From Klebsiella pneumoniae (GTDB taxonomy: Bacteria > Desulfobacterota > Binatia > Bin18): a DNA stretch of 64,000 bases. The translations under genes were made by a program, and so were the position numbers. The DNA lies in assembly GCA_945865755.1 (NCBI GenBank), contig CAMBFS010000003.1, positions 1 to 64,000 on the forward strand, in the 5' to 3' direction. Of this stretch, positions 18,065 to 26,693 are shown one piece after another; position 1 is the first letter of the stretch; every line of letters starts with the position of its first letter. The notes below the pieces were generated by a model. That model was given only the letters and a program-made list of their open reading frames with translations, was not told the origin of the DNA and searched no databases.

Positions 18065-18850
18065 TTACAGGGCTTTCACAATCTCGTGCTCAAAGCGGCT
18101 GTAGTAGTAGGTCACGCCCGCGATCCACAGCAGGGACCCCAGCCCAATCTCCAACAGTGGTAAGCCATTCGGTCCGCTTTGGGCGAGAAACATCGTCCGA
18201 TAGCTCGCGAGAAAATGTGTCATGGGATTCAAATCGAGAATCCAGCGGTGCCCCTCTGTTACCATCTCTGCTCGCCAAATCACGGGCGAGGTAAAAAACC
18301 ACACGCGCAGCAGGGGACCCACCAGATTGTCAATGTCGCGGATGAAGACACACACATACGCGATCGTCACCGCGAGAGCGACTAAGAAGAGCAATTGCAT
18401 GAGAATCACATACGGCAGCCAGAAGAGGGCGGTGGTCGGAGCAATATGAAAAAACATCGAGCCCAGGGCCACCACCAGGAGGCCGAACCCAAAGTGAAAG
18501 AGTTGGGTCAGCGTCGCACTGAGGGGAAAAATCAGTTTCGGGAGGTAGACCTGACTGATGACGCCAGCTTGCGCGATAATCGAGCGTGCCGCGCTCGCTA
18601 TCGTGGAGCTTGCCCACCGCCACACAATCATCCCCAGAATGAGATACATGCCGTAGTCGTCCCCCCCCGCCCGGTGGAACACCAGCACCACGAGCACATA
18701 ATAGACCGCCACATCCAGAAGCGGGTCGAGCAGCCACCAAAAATAGCCGAGAAAACTGTTGCGGTGTTGCGCCTTTAACCCCGACGCGACCAGATAGACG
18801 AACAAGTCCCTGCGCTTGTACAACTCCTCCACATACCGGCCCATCGTCAC
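18065..18850 (-). CDS. ABC-2 type exporter permease (Wzm/KpsM/TagG-like)
   Basis: 6-TM ABC-2 pattern, conserved FLGYFWWLLDP segment; immediately upstream of tandem-NBD ATPase. Confidence 0.8.
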   Translation of the reverse strand: MTMGRYVEELYKRRDLFVYLVASGLKAQHRNSFLGYFWWLLDPLLDVAVYYVLVVLVFHRAGGDDYGMYLILGMIVWRWASSTIASAARSIIAQAGVISQVYLPKLIFPLSATLTQLFHFGFGLLVVALGSMFFHIAPTTALFWLPYVILMQLLFLVALAVTIAYVCVFIRDIDNLVGPLLRVWFFTSPVIWRAEMVTEGHRWILDLNPMTHFLASYRTMFLAQSGPNGLPLLEIGLGSLLWIAGVTYYYSRFEHEIVKAL

Positions 18851-19074
18851 GCGTGCTCCTTACCGTTCAACGCCGCTCTTGATCCGAAGCGTTTCCCTAT
18901 TCTTTTGTTTTCCCGCGTTTCTCGCCAAGAGCAGCCCACGGTACGCAACGCCGCTGACCTTAGCGAATGTGACCATAAAAGTCAGCAGGTGCTTACCGGC
19001 GAAGGAAAAATGGCATAACGTCAGCGGGCGGCATCATTCAGAAGGACGGACGAGAAAGCAACCCACACGAAGGA

Positions 19075-19476
19075 GTGCGTATGGACCAACCATCGGAAAA
19101 AAGCCTGCAACGCATGCGGACGTATGTGAAAAAATACTGGGAGAAGAGTGGGAGCTTTCCTCATCCAGACAAGGAAGTAACCGAAGCCGTGGTGTTGGGG
19201 CTCGCGGCCAATATCGATCAGGTGGGGCGTCCCCTGTGTCCGTGTAACTTTTACCCGGACAAGAAAGCCGAAGTCGAGCGCAGTCGTGAATGGGTATGCG
19301 CCTGTGACGAGATGAAGAAGTGGAAGTATTGTCACTGCCTGCTGTTCGTGGCGCCAGACGGCATGCCGATCACGGAGTATCTCCCGGAAGATCACGAAGG
19401 ACGACAAATCTATGGCCTCGTCAAAGACCCGATTCCCGGAAAAGGGCGAGAAGCATCAACAAAAGAGGAGGAGTAA
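19075..19476 (+). CDS. ferredoxin-thioredoxin reductase catalytic (beta) subunit homolog (FtrC-like)
   Basis: CPCNFYPDKKAEVE…WVCACDEM…KYCHCLLF matches FtrC CPC…CxC…CHC [4Fe-4S]/disulfide motif arrangement. Confidence 0.7.
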   Translation: MRMDQPSEKSLQRMRTYVKKYWEKSGSFPHPDKEVTEAVVLGLAANIDQVGRPLCPCNFYPDKKAEVERSREWVCACDEMKKWKYCHCLLFVAPDGMPITEYLPEDHEGRQIYGLVKDPIPGKGREASTKEEE

Positions 19477-19479
19477 CTC

Positions 19480-20364
19480 ATGAAAGTTGGATTTTTTGCT
19501 ATTGGTATTGGCCCCGCCGCCGAGCCCGATCTCATCGCGCTCACCGCGCAGACCGCGGAGCAGTGCGGATTTTATTCTCTCTGGGCTCCCGAACATGTGG
19601 TCTTGATTGACAACTATCTCTCGAAGTACCCGTATTCCAAGGATGGGCGGTTACCGATGCCGACCACCAAGATCGACATTCTCGATCCCTACATCGCGCT
19701 GACCTACGCGGCGGCACTGACCAAAACCATTCGCCTTGGCACCGGCATCAGCCTCATTCCCGAACGGAGCCCGGTGGTCACCGCCAAGGAGATTGCCAGT
19801 CTCGATAAGCTTTCCGGTGGACGGTTTGATCTCGGTGTTGGAGTGGGCTGGCTGGAAGAGGAGTTTGCCGCGGTGCAGGTGCCGTGGGATCGGCGTGGGG
19901 ACCGGACGCGTGAGTATCTCCAGGCGATGAAGAATCTGTGGACGGAAGAGATATCGGAGTTCAAGGGCGAGTTCTGTAGCTTCCCGAAAGTGCGGATGTA
20001 TCCCAAGCCGGTGCAGAAACCGTATCCGCCCATCGTGTTTGGTGGCGAGAGCACGCCAGCGCTCAAGCGGGTCGCGGAAATTGGCGATGGTTGGTTTGGC
20101 GTGAACGTGACCCCAGAAGATGCGGCGGCGAAAATCGCGCGGATCAAGCAGTATGCGCAAGCGGCGGGACGTGGCAGTGTGAAGTTCTCGTTCGCCATTT
20201 CACCGGGCATCGGCTCACCCATTGAAATGGATATGGTGAAACGCTACCGCGACGCGGGTGTGGATCAAGTGATCGCGGGTGGAATTCCCAGTGACCCGAC
20301 ACAGGCGAAAGCGGAGATCGAACGGCTCGCGGAGAAACTCGTGGTGCCGTCGGCGAAACTGTAG
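19480..20364 (+). CDS. LLM-class F420/flavin-dependent oxidoreductase
   Basis: luciferase-like TIM-barrel family; starts 4 nt after FtrC-like stop with GAGGAG SD. Confidence 0.8.
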   Translation: MKVGFFAIGIGPAAEPDLIALTAQTAEQCGFYSLWAPEHVVLIDNYLSKYPYSKDGRLPMPTTKIDILDPYIALTYAAALTKTIRLGTGISLIPERSPVVTAKEIASLDKLSGGRFDLGVGVGWLEEEFAAVQVPWDRRGDRTREYLQAMKNLWTEEISEFKGEFCSFPKVRMYPKPVQKPYPPIVFGGESTPALKRVAEIGDGWFGVNVTPEDAAAKIARIKQYAQAAGRGSVKFSFAISPGIGSPIEMDMVKRYRDAGVDQVIAGGIPSDPTQAKAEIERLAEKLVVPSAKL

Positions 20365-20638
20365 GAAGGGGAGTTGGGGGCAGTTGAAGGCAGTTGGGGA
20401 CAGTTTAGGGCAGTTGGGGACAGTTTAGGGCAGTTGGAGGCAGTTTAGGGCAGTTAGGGACAGTCGGGAACAGTGCTCAGTCCCTCAAGCCCTTGTTGTT
20501 CTAACTCCGAAATCCCAACTGCCTTCAACTGCCCTGAACTGTTTTCAACTGCCCCTAACTGCTTTCAACTGTCCCCAACTGTCCCCAACTGTCCCCAACT
20601 GCCCCCAACTGCCCCCAAGCCCCCAAGCCCCCAACTGT
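20365..20638. repeat. intergenic inverted tandem arrays: ~10 x GCAGTTGRRG then ~12 x CYYCAACTGC (reverse complements), filling the entire gap between two stop codons
   Basis: direct reading: cagttgggggcagttgaaggcagttgggga… then …caactgccttcaactgccctgaactg…ccccaactgtccccaactg. Confidence 0.8.
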
Positions 20639-21862
20639 CTACCTCCGTTCTTCCCGCAACACCCCATCCTCTCGTAGTTTCTGTATGTCCGCCGCAGTTC
20701 GCCCCAGGTAATGGGTCAGGACTTCTTCGTTATGCTGTCCCAGTGTCGGCGCGGTGAGCGGTAGCTCTTCGGGGAATTCCGAAAACTTCAACGGGAACCC
20801 CGGCACATCAAATTCTCCGTCATGGGTGGGATCGGAAATCGTCCGCACAGTGCCCCGCGCACGGAGATGTGGATGGCTCAGTGTGTCCTCGACCGACAGC
20901 ACGGGAGCCACCGGCACGTTGAACCGCTCCATCTGGGCCACCGCGCTCGGGACGTCAGGAAACGTGTGCAACCAATCTTCGATCAATTTGACGACTTCGT
21001 CGCGCCGTTCGAGGCGCACGAGATCGGTCTTATAACGCGGGTCCTCAATCAAGTCGGGCCGGTCCATCGCTCGACACAAGTCCGGCCAATGGTGGAAGAA
21101 ACTCATAATCACCACGTGTCCACCAGTCGCGCGAAACACACCACCTGGACACAAGTAGGTCATGTGGCGGCCCACGCGCGTCGGTTTGATCTTCCCGCCA
21201 CTGGCTTTGACCTGATGCACGTTCACTTCATGGAAGTTGTAGTAGACATCAAGGAGCGCCACATCGAGATGCTGCCCGCGCCCCGTGCGGTCGCGATGGC
21301 GTAGCGCGGCCAGCACCGCGAGCGCCCCATGCACGCCGGTACTCACATCCCCAAGCCCCACTAACGGAATATAGGGTGCCTCGTCTTTGTCCCCAATCAT
21401 TGAGGTGACCCCGGCGTAGGCTTGGGCGATGTAGTCATAACCAGGCTTGTGCGCCAGCGGGCCGGTCTGTCCCAACGCGGAAATGGAACAGAGAATGATA
21501 TTCGGCTTGAGGGCTTTGAGCCGCTCGTAATCCAGCCCCATTTCCGCCATTACGCCGGGCTTGAAGTTTTCCACCACGACATCGACTTGCTGCACCAGCT
21601 CAGCAATCAGCGCCATGCCACGCGGGTCGCGCAGATTCACGCAGACACTTTTCTTGCCACGATTGTGCTGCACGAAGAAGACACTACGTCGATTGCGAAA
21701 GACGGACGCGCCGCGACTCAAATCCCCATGCGGCGCGGATTCCACCTTAATCACGTCCGCCCCCATCTCGGCGAGCATTCGTGAACACGTCGGTCCCGCC
21801 AACGCCCGCGTGAAATCAAGGACGCGCAGGCCCGTCAGACAATGGTTCATTCCTTCATTCAT
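20639..21862 (-). CDS. CoA-transferase family III (CaiB/BaiF-like)
   Basis: LRVLDFTRALAGPTCSRMLAEMGADVIKVE signature; 407 aa. Confidence 0.85.
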   Translation of the reverse strand: MNEGMNHCLTGLRVLDFTRALAGPTCSRMLAEMGADVIKVESAPHGDLSRGASVFRNRRSVFFVQHNRGKKSVCVNLRDPRGMALIAELVQQVDVVVENFKPGVMAEMGLDYERLKALKPNIILCSISALGQTGPLAHKPGYDYIAQAYAGVTSMIGDKDEAPYIPLVGLGDVSTGVHGALAVLAALRHRDRTGRGQHLDVALLDVYYNFHEVNVHQVKASGGKIKPTRVGRHMTYLCPGGVFRATGGHVVIMSFFHHWPDLCRAMDRPDLIEDPRYKTDLVRLERRDEVVKLIEDWLHTFPDVPSAVAQMERFNVPVAPVLSVEDTLSHPHLRARGTVRTISDPTHDGEFDVPGFPLKFSEFPEELPLTAPTLGQHNEEVLTHYLGRTAADIQKLREDGVLREERR

Positions 21863-21894
21863 GGACTCCCTCCTTTGATCGCATGATCGGAAGA

Positions 21895-23115
21895 TTAAAT
21901 CTCTTTTTCCACCAATACCCCCGCGGCGCGCAACTGCTGTACCTCTTCTGGCGAGCGCCCCAAGTAGCGCGTGAGAATCTCCTCGTTATGTTGTCCGAGC
22001 GTCGCCGCTTCCAGTGGCAGGTCCTTGGGAAACCGCGAGAACTTGAGCGGCATGCCCGGTATGTCGAAATCGCCAGCCAGCCGATCATGCACCGTGCGCA
22101 CGGTGCCACGAGCACGGTGATGCGGGTGCTGCGTGGTTTCCACCACCGACAGCACCGGCGCGACGGGCACTTGGTGTGTTTCCATGTGGGCGATGGCGCT
22201 GGGCACATCAGGGAACGTCTGTAACCAGTCCTCGATGATTTTCACCACCTCCGCGCGTCGGGCGAGCCGGGCGAGGTCGGTGCTGAAGTTGGGATCATCG
22301 ACCAAGTCCAGCCGGCCCATTGCCGCGCACAGGTCCTTCCAGTGATGCAGGAACGACATGATGACCAGATAGCCACCCTTGCCGCGAAAGACACCGCCAG
22401 GACAGGCGTAGGTCATGTGACGACCCGCCCGCGTCGGCTTCACCGCGCCATCACTGCCACTGTACGCATGCACGTTCGCCTCGTGATAGTGGTAGTACAC
22501 ATCCAGCAACGCGATGTCCAAATGTTGCCCTTCGCCGGTGCGGTCGCGGTAACGAAGCGCGGACACGATCGCCAGCGCCGCGTGCACGCCCGTGCTCACA
22601 TCACCCATCCCCACCAGTGGAATATAGGGCGCATCATCCGGCTCGCCGATCATCGATGTGACGCCGGAGTAGGCTTGCGCGATGTAATCATAGCCGGGCT
22701 TACCGGAGAGTGGGCCCTTTTGTCCAAGCGCCGAGATCGAACAGAGGACGATGTCTTTCTTCATTTCACGCAGGCGCTCGTAGCCGAACCCCATGTCCGC
22801 GATGACGCCAGGCTTGAAATTCTCGACCACGACATCCATTTGCGGCACCAGTTCGGCGATCATGGCCAGGGCGCGGGGATCGCGGAGGTTCACACAGAGG
22901 CTTTTCTTGCCGAGGTTTTGCTGAACGTAATAGAGACTGCGATTGTTTTTATAGTTAGAGAAGCGGCGCGCGAGTTCGCCATTGGGCGACGCTTCCACTT
23001 TAATGACATCGGCCCCCATCTCCGCGAGCATGCGCGTACAACTGGGCCCAGCGAGCGCGCGGGAGAAATCCAACACCCGCAAATCACTCAAGACATGATC
23101 CGTTCCTTGGGACAT
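21895..23115 (-). CDS. CoA-transferase family III (CaiB/BaiF-like), tandem paralog
   Basis: LRVLDFSRALAGPSCTRMLAEMGADVIKVE; 406 aa; ~70% similar to neighbour. Confidence 0.85.
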   Translation of the reverse strand: MSQGTDHVLSDLRVLDFSRALAGPSCTRMLAEMGADVIKVEASPNGELARRFSNYKNNRSLYYVQQNLGKKSLCVNLRDPRALAMIAELVPQMDVVVENFKPGVIADMGFGYERLREMKKDIVLCSISALGQKGPLSGKPGYDYIAQAYSGVTSMIGEPDDAPYIPLVGMGDVSTGVHAALAIVSALRYRDRTGEGQHLDIALLDVYYHYHEANVHAYSGSDGAVKPTRAGRHMTYACPGGVFRGKGGYLVIMSFLHHWKDLCAAMGRLDLVDDPNFSTDLARLARRAEVVKIIEDWLQTFPDVPSAIAHMETHQVPVAPVLSVVETTQHPHHRARGTVRTVHDRLAGDFDIPGMPLKFSRFPKDLPLEAATLGQHNEEILTRYLGRSPEEVQQLRAAGVLVEKEI

Positions 23116-23206
23116 ACGACCTCCTTTTGATGAAGCCTGTGGTGCAGGGAGATCAGATGGTATAGCGCAGAATTGGGCGGGTTGGCGAGCGCCGGTGCCT
23201 ACAAGA

Positions 23207-23411
23207 GCAATGGCATTAAGTTAAGGAAGTTTTTGTCGCAGGGGAAATCACCCCCACGCCGCCCCTTGCCGGGGACTGAACTCCCCGGCTACCCTCATGG
23301 CCTCGCTCCGCGAGGCCAGAGACGCCGCAGAGCGGCGTATGAGGGTAGCCGGGGGTTTCAACCCCCGGTTTGCTGCGAGCGGCGACTTTCGGCTTAACTT
23401 AATGCCATTGC
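23207..23411. mobile_element. MITE-like element copy A (205 bp; TIR GCAATGGCATTAAGTTAAG / CTTAACTTAATGCCATTGC; flanked by ~ACAAGA duplication)
   Basis: terminal inverted repeats read directly; internal long self-complementary arms (CCGGGGGTTTCAACCCCCGG, GCTACCCTCA…TGAGGGTAGC); same element at 29821..30025. Confidence 0.7.
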
Positions 23412-23468
23412 CCACAAGAGGAGGTGCGCACCGTGCTGGGATTTCTGGTGGTCATCCTAGCCTATCGC

Positions 23469-25769
23469 CTAAATATCTTCCTCTCCCGCGCTCTTCGGTG
23501 TCGCCGCATCCTCGCTGGAGGCTTGGACGCGCACGGGTGCTGGCGGGAATTGATCCAGATGCTGGTGCACATGAGTAATTAGCCGATTGGCGACTTCCGT
23601 CGCGTCCTGCTCCGCGTATTCGTGCTCAAGCTGCTCCCACAACGCGTGCGCTTGGTGCGTGTCGTCTTCCTCAATCTGTCGCAGTACCGCGCTGAGCGCA
23701 TCGGGGGTTTCTGGTAGGCGTTTGTTGGGGAACACCGCCAGTGACTGTTCGATCCGAATTCTGGCTTGTGTCGCCCCAATCCGTTCCAAGCCAGCCAACA
23801 CCGTTGGGATTTTCTCGCCATCGTTCTCGAAGAATTGGTGAAACCCAACCACGAGGAATTTCGTATTGAACCAGTGCAAATCCCATAACAGCCGTTCATC
23901 TTCCGTCATCTGTGTCAGCACGTAGGTGTGCGACGCGGGATCGCAGGGCAGCTTCGCTTGAAGCTGTTGGACAATGTTCAGCACCGTGAACGTGGGATAT
24001 GGCGCTTCTTCGCTCAGGATTTCTTGAAGCGGTTTTTCCTTGACCCGAGACCGCGTGGTCACGCAGTGGGTGGGATCCATCGTGGCGACTGTTTCTTGAA
24101 AGTTTCCGATCGTGGTTTTCACCCCGATATACAGAGGCACCAGCAAAGAGACGGCGTACACCGTGCCACCAGCGAACATCGTGCGCCAGGTCGCTGGTCC
24201 AGTGGTCAGGTGGCGCAGCAGAGTCTTGGCGAGCTCGTAGCGAGTGGCGGACGGGTGTTGATGGAAGGGGGGGTGTGTCAACACTTGGAAAATCGCGTGC
24301 AGCCGCTCGGGGCGCGTCGTTGGTGTTGTTCCCAATTTGTGTAGTCGTCGTAGCGCGACGTTGACCCGCCATTGCGCGAGGAGTGTTGCTCCCACGGCGA
24401 TGGCGACACCAAGCATCAGACTCGATCCCGTCAGTCCGAGCAGCAACAAGATCACCACGCTGATTGATCCGAAAGCAAACCGTATCCACGGAAACCGACT
24501 CAAGAGCAACTCAACAACACGACCACCATCGAAAGGACTGATGGGGAGCAGGTTGAGATAGTTGAGCGAGACGGCCATCCACCCCACTTCGTTGAGCCAT
24601 GATGCGCTCTCTGGCGGAGCGAACTGCAAACAGACCATACCGAGCATCAGTCCTGGCACGGGGCCCAGCAGGAGGACGATGATCTGTTGCATCGGGGTCG
24701 CATCTTCTTTTTCCCCGGTCACCGCGGCTCCTAGAAAGGGGATGAAAAACATCTGGCGGTCACGATAGTCAAATATGCGCATCCCAAACCAATGTCCCAG
24801 TTCATGAAAGAACAGCACCCCGATCAGCACTGGGACGAAGGACCACGACCACATCAATCCGAAGGACACGGCTGCCACCGCGACACTCACGAGCAGGAGG
24901 GCACATTTGCCCAGCCAGCTCCATCCTGGAACCGACCGTTGAATTTCCTGCGTCCGCTCGAATGCCGCTACTTCACTCACAATCTGAGGGGAGGCTTCTC
25001 CCTGCGCGTTCATTGGAGCAAGTCGCGCGTCTGGCATTGTCTTGTGGGCTTTCTGCGTCGCCTTCATCACGCGAGTCCGCTTTTTCATGCCTTGGAGCAG
25101 GTCCCACACGAAACCGAGAGCGGGCAGCGGGCGCAGTCGCCACGAATTGCCGTCCGAAGCCGGAGTCAGGAGAGCGTTCTCAGTCATGTAATCTTGCATG
25201 AATGAATTATTGTACTCAATGAACGCGTCTGGTGAACACGGCATGGCCGTGCGATCTTCGAGCGCCTTCCCAATTCTCCGTTGGTGCTCCTGCCATTGGC
25301 GTTCGAGGTTGCCGACATAATAGTCAGCGAATCGGCACCAGTGTGGACATGGGGACATATCGTGCAGTTGACAGTCCACCGTCACCAGCGCGCGGCCATT
25401 CTTCAGCTCAGTGATGAAAGAGACATTGAATAGCACCCCAGCTTCGGGCGAGAGGGTGGGAGTCACTTCGGCGTAGGTGTGACAATCCTCATGGAGAAAG
25501 AGCTGCGCGGGTTGCGGTTTTTCGTCATGGACAAGGATATTCTCATGTATGCTCGAATGGGAGTAACGAAAACCGAGCGGTGTCAGTTGTTGTTCCGCTG
25601 ACTGAAAGACTCCTACCATTTCCGCGGGCAACGCCTCGCGCGCTGTCAGCGTACTGTGCGGTCTCCGAAAACGGCATCGTAAGAGGCGAGTCCAAACAAT
25701 GAAAACTTGGATGGCTTTAATCGCGATGAAAAAAGCAAAAAGGGTGAGAGCCAGTGTCAGCAGTTCCAT
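23469..25769 (-). CDS. membrane metalloprotease, peptidase M50 (site-2 protease) core with large extra N- and C-terminal domains
   Basis: HELGHW (HExxH) in TM helix and LNLLPISPFDGG (LDG-type) motif; N-terminal TM anchor + ~270-aa Cys/His-containing domain; ~270-aa C-terminal domain. Confidence 0.6.
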   Translation of the reverse strand: MELLTLALTLFAFFIAIKAIQVFIVWTRLLRCRFRRPHSTLTAREALPAEMVGVFQSAEQQLTPLGFRYSHSSIHENILVHDEKPQPAQLFLHEDCHTYAEVTPTLSPEAGVLFNVSFITELKNGRALVTVDCQLHDMSPCPHWCRFADYYVGNLERQWQEHQRRIGKALEDRTAMPCSPDAFIEYNNSFMQDYMTENALLTPASDGNSWRLRPLPALGFVWDLLQGMKKRTRVMKATQKAHKTMPDARLAPMNAQGEASPQIVSEVAAFERTQEIQRSVPGWSWLGKCALLLVSVAVAAVSFGLMWSWSFVPVLIGVLFFHELGHWFGMRIFDYRDRQMFFIPFLGAAVTGEKEDATPMQQIIVLLLGPVPGLMLGMVCLQFAPPESASWLNEVGWMAVSLNYLNLLPISPFDGGRVVELLLSRFPWIRFAFGSISVVILLLLGLTGSSLMLGVAIAVGATLLAQWRVNVALRRLHKLGTTPTTRPERLHAIFQVLTHPPFHQHPSATRYELAKTLLRHLTTGPATWRTMFAGGTVYAVSLLVPLYIGVKTTIGNFQETVATMDPTHCVTTRSRVKEKPLQEILSEEAPYPTFTVLNIVQQLQAKLPCDPASHTYVLTQMTEDERLLWDLHWFNTKFLVVGFHQFFENDGEKIPTVLAGLERIGATQARIRIEQSLAVFPNKRLPETPDALSAVLRQIEEDDTHQAHALWEQLEHEYAEQDATEVANRLITHVHQHLDQFPPAPVRVQASSEDAATPKSAGEEDI

Positions 25770-25988
25770 GAAGTATTCCCTCGATAATCCTGGGAGACTC
25801 CGGTTGTATCGGCGAGGAAGGGCGGAACTATAACCCCAGTCATGGAGGGCGACGCGGGATCAAAGCTACGTAGGGTGGGTCGAGCCCCACCCTACTACTC
25901 GATAGGTGTTGAGGAGTGGCCGGACTCTAGGACATTGCGTGGGGAGTTGCAAACAGCAGGAAAGCGGGTTGCGCATGAACATGCGGCT

Positions 25989-26417
25989 TTATGGCTGAAG
26001 CCAATCTTCCACCCGTAATCCCGGCACCTGTTGAAAATCGTTCATATTTCGAGACAACAAGATGCCACCAGAAACCAAAACAATCGTGGCGATTTTGAGG
26101 TCCATAGTCCCAATGCGAATCCCGTGTTGACGCAAACGTTTGAACTCGTCGGCAGCGTGCTGGTCAAATGACAAAATCCGCCAGTCAGCAAAGAACTCGA
26201 AGAGTCCGGTAAGACGTTCATAATAGGAGACTTGCCGATGAACATCGGGGTGGCGACGAATGAGTGCCAACCACCCTCGAGTTTGTTCTTCGAGGGTAAT
26301 CGCGGTGGTTGCCATCTCTTCTATTGGCTGGGCTTCCAATCGAGTTTGCAAAGCGAATGCGCGTGGCGCATCGCGATACTGAAGAGCGGAAATGTGATCG
26401 GTATCCAGGATAATCAT
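25989..26417 (-). CDS. vapC: PIN-domain toxin (VapC-like)
   Basis: MIILDTDHISALQY… PIN N-terminus with conserved acidic residues; 4-bp overlap with upstream small gene. Confidence 0.7.
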   Translation of the reverse strand: MIILDTDHISALQYRDAPRAFALQTRLEAQPIEEMATTAITLEEQTRGWLALIRRHPDVHRQVSYYERLTGLFEFFADWRILSFDQHAADEFKRLRQHGIRIGTMDLKIATIVLVSGGILLSRNMNDFQQVPGLRVEDWLQP

Positions 26418-26614
26418 GTCTCGATTTTGCGTCGATCTTCTTCGCGGAGGCGTTGCCCTTCCTCAATAATCTCTTTCATTAGTGGGTCATCATCAAACAT
26501 TCCCACTGTCCGCCGCCAATCTTTTTTTCGCGTGGACGAGTCTGGACGCTGCCGGAGTACGTCCACGAGTTGTTCGAGCTTGGCGACCCGCTCTTCAAGA
26601 GTTCCTTCTGGCAT
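26414..26614 (-). CDS. small antitoxin-like protein (66 aa) upstream of VapC
   Basis: ATG at 26614 8 nt after GGAGGA SD; charged helical 66-aa product; overlaps PIN gene start by 4 nt. Confidence 0.5.
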   Translation of the reverse strand: MPEGTLEERVAKLEQLVDVLRQRPDSSTRKKDWRRTVGMFDDDPLMKEIIEEGQRLREEDRRKIET

Positions 26615-26693
26615 CGCTCTTTCCTCCTGCTTGGTCGGGACCGTCTTCTCCCCAACCTTTTTAACCTGCCCACGTAAAAGGTCCCGTTCACCT

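Noticed and set aside
20365-20638. Possible CRISPR array because of many short direct repeats
   Set aside because: Units are 10 bp with no intervening unique spacers, the second half is the reverse complement of the first, and no cas genes are present. It is a tandem/inverted repeat array, not CRISPR.
20473-20757. ORF encoding PNCFQLSPTVPNCPQLPPTAPKPPSPQL…
   Set aside because: It is simply the translation of the CAACTGCC decamer array, it runs antisense into the CoA-transferase 3' end, and it has no start context.
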